Assembly: GCA_032718475.1 (NCBI GenBank)
Contig: JAUCBJ010004796.1
Span: 1 to 47,312, forward strand
DNA length: 47,312 nucleotides
Direction of reading: 5' to 3'
Source: Nemertoderma westbladi
Lineage: Eukaryota; Animalia; Xenacoelomorpha
The stretch's first letter is position 1, and each line of letters opens with the position of its first letter. The position numbers were made by a program, and so were the translations under genes. This document shows, piece after piece, positions 24,231 through 35,400 of this stretch. A model generated the notes under the pieces. The model ran no database searches, had not been told where the DNA came from, and saw only the letters and a program-made list of their open reading frames with translations.

Positions 24231-25211
24231 GTCAATTATTTTAGAATAATTGAATTTCTGAATATTTTAGGGTTACTTGGTTACTTTAACTTGCTTTATT
24301 ACCGTTATTTAAGCAGTAGTCCAACTGATATTGAGACCTAGTTGTTGTATGGCAGGCCTACTATTTATAAATCGTTTGAGTTGATTTATAATATTTATAT
24401 ACCCGTTTAAAATGGGTTTTGTCAATATTTGAAATAAATGTTATTATTTCTGGGGGTCACTACACAGAAGCTGTGCGCTCTCAGTGAAGTGCTATTTATG
24501 GGACACTAAAACTGATAATTCTAATTTACCTAAGTTACTTAATACTACTAATTACTTACGATATGGGTGAGATTAAATCTCTTATTAAACACAACAAAAA
24601 TATTACGTACGAGATTTTTAGGGTAATTTTACAGGAAGTCTACAAACCAGCCTAACAAAGGGTTAGATTTCTGGTTCTTACAACTGACAGAATACTACGG
24701 TATTTAAAATAATAAGTAGTAGTAAATATATTGCACTGTCCAGATAAGAAAATACCACCGCCTGACGACCTATAGCCGTATCTCTATAGGTACTACGTTA
24801 TGTATCACGGAGTGTTCCTACCTGGAAGTTAATAGAGCTAACGAATGTGCCTATCAACCACTTTACAACACAAATATACTACCTACACACTTATTACTCT
24901 CGGAAAGCACTGTACACTAAACCCTAAATTAGGTACAAGTACTGGTACAACAAATAATCAGTAGTTAAATATACTTGAACAGTTAAAAGAACCACGGCAT
25001 CTGCTGGAGTGACCGAAGCACAAAGTCACCAGTCTTTTCCTACGCCAAGCAGCCCGTGTAGTACCGGGGTTAATTTAACTATAACGGTATGTATAACAAG
25101 CACAATTATTGTAGGAATAAACTTGGGGACATGAATGTTGCGAATAATCGCATAAACTCTGAATAATAAATATTACGCTACCCGTACAGAATACTCAAAC
25201 AAATACAAACC

Positions 25212-25740
25212 AAAACGCTGGCAGACTACCACCAAGCCTAAATAAACTACCGTACGTATAGATTCTGAAATGGTTAGTTAGTATGCGTTCTAACACGGTA
25301 GTACGACTTATTCTTTAAGAGGGGATTGACCTTACAGCATATGGCTGCCCCAACTTACTAACGGCACTTTATCAGACAAACTCTACACACGCAGCAATCT
25401 CTTCAGTCCTAATAATAGCTAGACAACAATCCAGCCTACAAAATATCTGAGTAATAACTATTACGGTACCTGAACAGACCACACAAACAAACACAGGCTA
25501 AAACGCTGGCAGACTACGATCAAGCCTAAATAAACTACAGTATATGCAGATTCTGAAATAGTTAGTTAGTATGCGTTCTAACACGGTAGTACGACTTATT
25601 CTTTAAGAGGGGATTGACCTTACAGCATATGGCTGCCCCAACTTACTAACGGCACTTTATCAGACAAACTCTACACACGCCGTAATCTCTCCAAACCCAA
25701 CAACAGTCAGACAGCAGCTCAGCCTACAATTATCTGAACA
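25212..25740. repeat. 288-bp-period direct duplication in the leader, each unit with a 94-nt intron-like segment on the sense strand
   Basis: AAAACGCTGGCAGACTAC at 25212 and 25500; minus-strand GTAAGT...ACTAAC...TTTCAG at 25358-25265 and 25646-25553. Confidence 0.85.
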
Positions 25741-25906
25741 ATCTGAGCAGACGTTTACACGTCTTCATCTCAATATTAACTTACTAGGAAATAAAACCGA
25801 CAGAAATAGGTAAAATCTCAATAAAAACCAGGGCTGCAGTCCCTGATTAAATACTAAGACCTACCGGTAATAATCAAAATCGAATAATACTAATGTACTT
25901 ATACTG

Positions 25907-26036
25907 GAAGTACCGGTTAGGACAGTTGGGCCTACTGGCCTACAGAAGTTCCGGTTCTGGCAGTTGGACCTACGGACCTACAGCAGTACTGGTTCTGGCA
26001 GTTGGGCCTACTGACCTACAGAAGTACCGGTTCAGG
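25907..26036. repeat. 38-bp tandem repeat (about 3.4 copies) just downstream of the 5' LTR
   Basis: Unit approximates GAAGTACCGGTTCTGGCAGTTGGGCCTACTGACCTACA. Confidence 0.85.
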
Positions 26037-26098
26037 TTTACCGGTCGGCCGGTACTTTCAACTTTATTGTTTACTGCAATAAAGTCAATAACTGTTAT

Positions 26099-27335
26099 TG
26101 TACGCGCTTTTGGAAGACCTTTAGCAGTTTAACCTGCCAAAATTTATATGTCTTTGGGTTTATAAATATACTTTAGAAGAAAACAAATATTTTGATACCA
26201 ATAAACACAACATTAGCAGAAGCCAGCCTAGTGCGCGTCCATTCACCCGCTGGATATTCCCGGGAGACTGGATTCTGAGGGCTTAGATTATTATTGCAGT
26301 GAAACCTACTGTATTATTCGATTGATCGTTAATAAATAATATCTGACTAATATTATTCACTTTCGGGAAATATTAACAGTTCCTTTAGGACGTGGCGCTC
26401 TATCTAAGTAAACAGAGATATGACTTATACTAATCACAACAGTAAGTCGGTAAGGCTTATGATTCACGTATGAGGCGCATTCTTTAGGAAATGCTTAGTT
26501 ATCAGTCACAATCATGCACACTACCGGTAACACACAATACTGCTCACTAATTTGCCGACCGTCAATGAATTTTATCATATATAGAGAGAACAGCAACGGA
26601 CCAATGTAGTGCTTATCAAATAGCATTAAATTCACTACATACACAATAATATAAGTCGCAATCGCTATGTATAACCCGTCTCTCTAACCTGTAGTGTATC
26701 AAGAAAATTGGGAAATTTGGGTTCTTTATAAATGTTCTCCAAATAATATTCAACCAAAACACAACAGTAAATAGCATTAAGACGGTAGGTTAAGATATGA
26801 TATGACAAGATGTGACAAGATATGCACTGATAACAGTTATACGCTCTATAATCTTAAGCCTACTAATGTTTCTTCTAAAAGTATGAAACAAGTTAACTCT
26901 AGAGCCGGTGTTACTGGCCTAGATACCAACAACACAACAGTATCACAAAAAACAGTAAGACTGAATGCTCTAGCATGATCTGCCCAAAAGCTCCACATCT
27001 ACAGGAAAAATCGCTCTGATTGGTCAATCGAACCACGAGAGAACAAAGAAACAAAGAAATGTCGATGTGGCAATATCAGCTGTTAGCCGTCGTCATGGTA
27101 GCGACACTGTTTTCAAGAGTATCTTGCTTATCGCGTCACGAGATTGCGGATTATGTCCTCTAAAGTACAAATCTAGAAGAATGACTTTTATGTCCGTTAA
27201 AACACCTATTACGGTACCTTGCGGGCGAGGGGAATATATATACAGTTAAAGAGCCTTTTTAGAGTATTCCAGCGCCTGGGGGGAACTCGGACCGCAAAGC
27301 AAAAGGGCCAGCTAGATCCCACAGAAGCTTTTACA
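26099..27335 (-). repeat. 5' LTR
   Basis: 1237 bp, TG...CA ends, matches 11420-12656. Confidence 0.97.
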
Positions 27336-27393
27336 AGGTGGTAAACTAAAGCCTTCTATAACGTCCGAATATTCTGTGTTTCTGTTTATTTAG

Positions 27394-27704
27394 CGTTGTA
27401 TTCAACCAAGTATGATATTACGACACGTATACACGTTTTGAGCTATAACCCGTTCCTAAACGTTCTTGTACTGTATTTCAGGCGAATGACTACCATAAAG
27501 ACAAACGAGAACATGGTAATCGTGACATTCAATAACAAAATTGATAATCTGAAAACTATAGCTTCCGGGAATGGAGGGAAAGTCTTGGCCGAAAGACTCC
27601 AGAAGGAGCATCGCTCTTCTACTGCCATTGATTTGGAAACCACTCCCAAATCAACCATCACCACCCCTACCCCCCTCCGCCAACAGTCAAACGTCTGCCA
27701 TTAA
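27394..27704 (+). CDS. Putative distal exons (27394-27409 and 27482-27704) of the host gene starting at 10735
   Basis: Acceptors TTTATTTAG (27393) and TATTTCAG (27481), donor GTATGA (27410); splice phases 1 and 2 join in frame to give a ~280-aa product. Confidence 0.4.
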
Positions 27705-29764
27705 GGCATTATCATTTTCACCACGAAAATGCTTGCGTGCTAAAGAGGTTTGTTATTCTTCCACTATTTTTATTGCGTTTTATTTTTCTTTGTTTTGGTT
27801 GTTTTGATTGTTTTGGTTATAAAAGCCTACCTCTGTAACCTGCTCCTTTCCCCCAATTGATAACAACACTGTTTATTTTTATCGTATATATATATATCTA
27901 TCGTACTTGTCAGCTAGTAGGCATATACCTCTGTACCTATAGCTGTAGGCCCCTATAGCAGTAGAGGCTGATAGGATAGGATCGGTACATGCGGTAGGTA
28001 ATACAATTTGCATTTTTCTACGGTAAATTAATTAAAACGAGTGCAGCATAATTTTTAAAATAGCAGAATGATACCAATTCAGTCAGAAGGTGGCCTACAG
28101 CCTAGTGCCTAGGATAGGAACAGGAGGCGAAAAAATGCCAGTTCGTGTTGGTTGGACAGAAACCTAGAGTAGGGTACCATACCATACCAAGTACAGATAC
28201 TGGTTACTGCTGTACACTGCCTGGCTGTAGCCTGTAGGTACTCCTGTACTGCAGAGCCAGAGCAGCAGATGGCAGGTCCTACAGGCAGACAGGCATATGG
28301 CACTGCTGTCAGGCTGTACTGAGCTGAGATAGAGTCTAAAACTAAGTCATGTCGGTCGTCTTCATTCCGAGTTTATTGTTTATTGCTGTATTTCAGTATT
28401 TGACTGTTTGACTCGACCAGTCGACTGCCAGACTGCTCTATCTTCGTGATTTTGGCTGTCTGGCAGTCTGGGTATATAATTTGGCTGTTTGGACTCCATC
28501 GTGGTCATTTCTATCGGGTTTAACTGTTTAATGCGGTACAGCAGTAATGACGGTAAACTCGAAGTCAAGCATTTATAAAATCTTAGTTTAATTGGGTGTA
28601 CCGGTAATTGGAATTGTTTTACTACTAGCCACTAGCTACCAGGCAGCCAGGTCTACCTGACTGCTGACCACCGGTACTTCGCTACCTGTAGGCCTACTTA
28701 CAAGATTGAATTTCTATTCCATGTATTCTACTTCATCCTGTCATTAGGCTTATCAGAGCACAGACAGACAGAGTGGCCCTAAATTTTCATCATTATCGCA
28801 CCAGTACTGCAGTAGCGCAGCAGCGCAGACCAGACCTATAAGCCAGTAAGCTGGTACGGCGTCGGTCCCTGTATCATCTGATCATGGTATATTTGTTTTT
28901 CTATCATTACTGCATTAAAAGTCATAGATATCACTCAAGGCCTACTGTACTAACTCAGTAACTGCAGAACTGACTAAAGGTGAAAGGCCGTGCAACCGTG
29001 CAGCACTGAAGGCTGACTGGAGGCTGACCTACAATACAGCAATAGGGCTGGCTACGGGTGCATGTAAAGAGCGGACTGCGGACTGGCGGACTACGGACTG
29101 GGGATTGCCAAAATCCGCGCGGTCAATTTGAATTATCGACTTTCAAACTAAGAATCCGCTCTTTGTTGTCTGGACAAATGGCGGACTGAAGCCGGTAAAT
29201 TGTAACCTGATTGGCTCAATCATGTACATAGCTGCATAGGCTGAAGCTGAAAGGTCTTAAAGAATGAATCATCCCATTTGGCTTTTAAATGTTTACCATT
29301 GTGCAACACTGTAATACAGGAAATAATTATCCTATACATAATTACGTGGCGTGGACTGTTGATCAAGGGCCTACTATATAATCAATATTCTACGGATTTT
29401 CAGATTATTTATTTCAATAAATATTTTTATATACTTCCTGCCTTTAGAGTTTATGTCACAGTTGTCTGTTCGCAAATATAAAAGAGCGAATATTCGGACA
29501 TCCTAAGCGCAGGAGCTGGGGGAAGATCTTCTCTGTGCTGGGGGTAAGAGAGCGTAAGAAAATGGGGAACAGGGGCAAAGAAAAGGGGTGTGGATCTATA
29601 AATAGCATCCAATAGGACGCATCTAATTACTGGCATTTAATTCTGTCCAAATTTTTATGACAGCCTTAAAATGAAAACCACGAACACCTGATCGGCTAGT
29701 GTTTTTTTTAATGCTTTTTTAGTGTGGGCTGTGATATCCTACATATCTGACATACGATTAACTG

Positions 29765-30042
29765 CGCCCATGTGAAGTATACCAGACTTTCTGCCGTTAT
29801 ATTTCACTTTGCAGTTACCCCCATGTGAAGAATACCAGGTTTTCACCAAATATACAGGTTACAGAAGGGCTGAATCTAACCAAAACAATAAACGAATTAG
29901 TATATGTACAGGTTATAAGACAGAAATAAGCGATATAAAACACTTAATAAAGATAAATTAAAAAAAATAAATAATCTTCATATATAAAATTCCAATAAAA
30001 AGTCGACCGAAAAGTGAAATCCTGGTATTCTTCACATGGGCG
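29765..30042. mobile_element. MITE, 278-bp copy of the 1531-1967 family (opposite orientation, one 53-bp unit)
   Basis: Same TIR; 8-bp TSD ATTAACTG at 29757-29764 and 30043-30050. Confidence 0.92.
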
Positions 30043-30050
30043 ATTAACTG

Positions 30051-30130
30051 TGGGGCGAGCAACGTAAGTCCAGGTGAGCCTTAGCATATGGGTATAAGTG
30101 GTGGAGCCGTCTGTCGTTGTCATCGTCGGA
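30051..30130 (+). mobile_element. Truncated HINE-like 5' end
   Basis: TGGGGCGAGC...GAGCCTTAGC...GTCGTTGTCATCGTC resembles the start of the 9303 element. Confidence 0.5.
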
Positions 30131-30374
30131 AATGTTTGAACGCTAATAAGTCGGTCAATCTTGGAAAAATAATGTTTCACTACTAGTATGTACGACTAAT
30201 ATGTTTCAATTATGTTCCAATTTTGTTTCAACTAACAGACTGACAGAGACATAATAGTGGCAGTACGAGCCAACCTCCCCCCACCCCCCCCCCCCCCCCC
30301 CCCCTTTTTTTTTGGACGACCCCAACGTAAAAACTTTTAATTTAAGTAACAAGCAAACAAGGAATATCTTATAA

Positions 30375-30505
30375 GGTCGCGGTTCACACCTTTAAGCAAT
30401 AAGCATAACTCTGCTTCGGCAGCAGAAGTACATACTACAGTAGTCCCAAAGTCTTCATCTAAAGTAGAGTTACGAATGAATCATGCTTAAAAGAGTGAAC
30501 CGGCC
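30375..30505. mobile_element. Small diverged MITE (PIF/Harbinger Tourist-like)
   Basis: GGTCGCGGTTCACACCTTTAAGCA ... TGCTTAAAAGAGTGAACCGGCC flanked by TAA/TTA. Confidence 0.6.
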
Positions 30506-31195
30506 TTAACCTGAGAGATTTTATTGAAAGTTCAAGAGTTCTTCCTACTGCCTACATAATAGGTTTTCTAAATAATAGGTTTCCATCTTTGTGTCACAAT
30601 GAAAACATTTAAGCCAATAAGAGGATTCAGGAAAGTTCCCTTTGGGCCTATGTAAATGATTGAGCCAATCAGGTTACAATTTTCTGGCTTCAGTCCGCCG
30701 TTTGTCCAGACAACAAAGAGCGGATTCTTACATTATAATGCTATAATTTAAATTGACCGCGCATATTTGGGCTTTTAATTGACAATCCGCAGTCCGTAGT
30801 CCTCAGTCCGCAGTCCGCTCTTTACATGCACCCGGCTCCGGCTGGCTACTGGTATTTGAATTGAATTCTGAGCTCTAACCGGCAGACCGGTTTCAGCCCC
30901 AATGGTAATTTTACCTACTGACCTACCCTACCGGTACCAGCGTCAGTCAGTGAGCTAGCTATAATTTACTTCAGTATCAGTCTGTTAGTCAGTTACGGTT
31001 ACTGGGTTCGTTTTTAGGTTAGGGTTCGTTGGTCAGGCGCAAACCCTAATTAAAAGTGTTATATAACCCAAATCATGATGCTCTAATTTAATACATTTTG
31101 TGGAATTTCGCCAATTTCGGACGTAGTGCGATTGCGACTGACCGATATACAGATATAGGCCTACAGTCAGACAGTGTAGAACTAGAATGCCATTA

Positions 31196-31679
31196 ATGAT
31201 TAAAGAGCTGTGTGTTCGGTTACCGGTCGAATTACGATGAAAGTTCATCCGGTACCGGTAGGCCTACTAAAGAACACGTCCCGGTTTACCGGTTACCAAC
31301 AGACGAGGGAGAACGGCGCCGATGGATTGCAGCTATTCCGAGAGAGAATATCCCAGAAACTAAGAACACGGTTGTTTGTGTAAAGCATTGGCCATCTGAT
31401 TTCCCGACTGTTGTGGTGAAAGGGAAGAAGAAACCTATTAATCCACCGTCTGTTTTTCCTTCTATACCCAAAAGTCTTGTTCCTACACCACCAGAATCTC
31501 CTCGACCAACTAAACGCTCATTATCATCAATACGGTCGTTGCAACCTGATGAAATGGGTCAATTTAGTAAACAATCTTTTGATTTTCTTTATCTAAAAAG
31601 ATCAACGGATCTACAGTACGATTATGATTCAACCGGTAAACATCGCAAGGCACCTTCCTTCCTTTTCTGGATAAATTGA
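31196..31679 (+). pseudogene. Decayed THAP (C2CH) DNA-binding domain, P-element/THAP9-type transposase N-terminus
   Basis: SCVFGYRSNY...VYRLP...RRRWIAAIPR...VVCVKHW...F...PPSVF; second Cys appears as Tyr and ATG 31196 is out of frame; no catalytic domain follows. Confidence 0.75.
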
Positions 31680-32455
31680 ATTTTCACCAAACACCAAATT
31701 CTAGTTTCTGTCCAACTTAGTGGTATATTTGTTGTTTGTGTTCGGATTAAATTGATTTTAACTATAATCTAACTATAAATGATAATCTAAACTGTAGTAT
31801 AACCATACCCCTAGTCGATTTTTCACAATTATTGATGGTTCTGGTCTATACAGGCACAATGTATGTTAAAATTGGAGTAAACGTGTTCAGCCTCCAGTGG
31901 ATCTTCACTGCTGCACGGTTGCACGGCCTTTAGTACAGTAGGCATTGATATCACTACATCAAGCATCAGAAACCAAGCATCACTATTAAATAAGCGTAGG
32001 CTATGGAATAGTTTCGCGTAGGTAAATCACGAAACCCAGAGTTCATCATTTTCAACCAGAAATTCGACCACTAGTGTTCAAATTTGCTGTCGCTATAATA
32101 GATGATATATAATTTTAAACAGACGCTTCTTAAAAGATAAAAAAGAAACTATAGAGAAATAAATTGAAAGTAAAAAATCCTGTTGGACAATGAAGCAAAG
32201 TAAAAATACAATGATACTCCAAACTTCGCAGTATTTGAGAATTGTGTATGGTCTGCTAATTTATTTCCATATTGGTCTGCTCCTTAAAGTAACATTTATC
32301 TGTTAATTTTAATTCTTTACAGTAGATTATATTGTACACGAATACATGAAATGTCTATAAATAATGAAAACCTCTGCCTCACATGTTCTATTATTGTCGT
32401 TAATTGTTACTTTGAGATTTATTTATATTATTAATTCATGAACATCTACCTACAT

Positions 32456-35400
32456 ACTATGATTTACTACCTACACTCTCTAGTATCTATCTTACTTTAC
32501 TTTACTATGATTTACTACCCACACTCGCTATACACTATCTATCTTACTTTACTTTACTATGATTTACAACCTACACTCGCTATACAGTATCTATCTTACA
32601 GTACTTTACTTTACTATGATTTACTACCTACACTCGCTATACAGTATCTATCTTACAGTACTTTACTTTACTATGATGTACTACCCACACTCGCTATACA
32701 GTATCTATCTTACTTTACTTTACTATGATTTACTACCCACACTCGCTATACACTATCTATCTTACTTTACTTTACTATGATTTACAACCTACACTCGCTA
32801 TACAGTATCTATCTTACAGTACTTTACTTTACTATGATTTACTACCTACACTCGCTATACAGTATCTATCTTACAGTACTTTACTTTACTATGATGTACT
32901 ACCCACACTCGCTATACAGTATCTATCTTACTCTACTTTACTATGATTTACTACCCACACTCGCTATACACTATCTATCTTACTTTACTTTACTATGATT
33001 TACAACCTACACTCGCTATACAGTATCTATCTTACAGTACTTTACTTTACTATGATTTACTACCCACACTCGCTATACAGTATCTATCTTACAGTACTTT
33101 ACTTTACTATGATGTACTACCCACACTCGCTATACAGTATCTATCTTACTTTACTTTACTATGATTTACTACCTACACTCGCTATACAGTATCTATCTTA
33201 CTTTACTTTACTATGATTTACAACCTACACTCGCTATACAGTATCTATCTTACAGTACTTTACTTTACTATGATTTGCTACCTACACTCGCTATACAGTA
33301 TCTATCTTACTCTACTTTACTATGATTTACTACCCACACTCGCTATACACTATCTATCTTACTTTACTTTACTATGATTTACAACCTACACTCGCTATAC
33401 AGTATCTATCTTACAGTACTTTACTTTACTATGATTTACTACCTACACTCGCTATACAGTATCTATCTTACAGTACTTTACTTTACTATGATTTGCTACC
33501 TACACTCGCTATACAGTATCTATCTTACTCTACTTTACTATGATTTACTACCCACACTCGCTATACAGTATCTATCTTACTTTACTTTACTATGATTTAC
33601 TACCCACACTCGCTATACAGTATCTATCTTACAGTACTTTACTTTACTATGATTTACTACCCACACTCGCTATACAGTATCTATCTTACAGTACTTTACT
33701 TTACTATGATGTACTACCCACACTCGCTATACAGTATCTATCTTACTCTACTTTACTATGATTTACTACCCACACTCGCTATACACTATCTATCTTACTT
33801 TACTTTACTATGATTTACTACCCACACTCGCTATACAGTATCTATCTTACAGTACTTTACTTTACTATGATGTACTACCCACACTCGCTATACAGTATCT
33901 ATCTTACTTTACTTTACTATGATTTACAACCTACACTCGCTATACAGTATCTATCTTACAGTACTTTACTTTACTATGATTTGCTACCTACACTCGCTAT
34001 ACATTATCTATCTTACAGTACTTTACTTTACTATGATGTACTACCCACACTCGCTATACACTATCTATCTTACTTTACTTTACTATGATTTACTACCCAC
34101 ACTCGCTATACAGTATCTATCTTACAGTACTTTACTTTACTATGATGTACTACCCACACTCGCTATACACTATCTATCTTACTTTACTTTACTATGATTT
34201 ACTACCCACACTCGCTATACAGTATCTATCTTACAGTACTTTACTTTACTATGATGTACTACCCACACTCGCTATACAGTATCTATCTTACTCTACTTTA
34301 CTATGATTTACTACCCACACTCGCTATACAGTATCTATCTTACAGTACTTTACTTTACTATGATGTACTACCCACACTCGCTATACAGTATCTATCTTAC
34401 TTTACTTTACTATGATTTACAACCTACACTCGCTATACAGTATCTATCTTACAGTACTTTACTTTACTATGATTTACTACCCACACTCGCTATACAGTAT
34501 CTATCTTACAGTACTTTACTTTACTATGATGTACTACCCACACTCGCTATACAGTATCTATCTTACTTTACTTTACTATGATTTACAACCTACACTCGCT
34601 ATACAGTATCTATCTTACAGTACTTTACTTTACTATGATTTACTACCCACACTCGCTATACAGTATCTATCTTACAGTACTTTACTTTACTATGATTTAC
34701 TACCTACACTCGCTATACAGTATCTATCTTACAGTACTTTACTATGATTTACTACCCACACTCGCTATACACTATCTATCTTACTTTACTTTACTATGAT
34801 TTACTACCCACACTCGCTATACAGTATCTATCTTACAGTACTTTACTTTACTATGATGTACTACCCACACTCGCTATACAGTATCTATCTTACTTTACTT
34901 TACTATGATGTACTACCCACACTCGCTATACAGTATCTATCTTACAGTACTTTACTTTACTATGATTTACTACCTACACTCGCTATACAGTATCTATCTT
35001 ACTTTACTTTACTATGATTTACTACCCACACTCGCTATACAGTATCTATCTTACTTTACTTTACTATGATGTACTACCCACACTCGCTATACAGTATCTA
35101 TCTTACTTTACTTTACTATGATTTACTACCCACACTCGCTATACAGTATCTATCTTACTCTACTTTACTATGATTTACTACCCACACTCGCTATACACTA
35201 TCTATCTTACTTTACTTTACTATGATTTACTACCTACACTCGCTATACAGTATCTATCTTACTTTACTTTACTATGATGTACTACCCACACTCGCTATAC
35301 AGTATCTATCTTACTTTACTTTACTATGATTTACTACCCACACTCGCTATACAGTATCTATCTTACTCTACTTTACTATGATTTACTACCCACACTCGCT

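Larger units (their letters stand above)
11420..27335 (-). mobile_element. Full-length BEL/Pao LTR retrotransposon (15,916 bp)
   Basis: Two 1237-bp TG...CA LTRs; 5-bp TSD AGGTG at 11415-11419 and 27336-27340; Gag-PR-RT-RH-IN order with BEL-type motifs. Confidence 0.97.
29055..30834. mobile_element. Non-autonomous DNA element with ~170-bp TIRs, carrying nested insertions
   Basis: CGGGTGCATGTAAAGAGCGGACTGCGGACTG...TTGTAACCTGATTGGCTCAATCAT (29055-29223) inverted at ~30656-30834; possible imperfect TSD GGCTAC/GGCTCC. Confidence 0.8.
28940..31950. mobile_element. Outer inverted-repeat-bounded region (probable decayed DNA transposon) containing a THAP remnant
   Basis: GCCTACTGTACTA, AAAGGCCGTGCAACCGTGCAGCA and ACTGGAGGCTGA (28940-29030) recur inverted at ~31883-31945; true termini and TSD not found. 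Confidence 0.5.

Noticed and set aside
25966-25980. TGGACCTACGGACC resembling a BEL tRNA-Tyr PBS
   Set aside because: Wrong strand, ~120 nt from the LTR, and part of the 38-bp repeat
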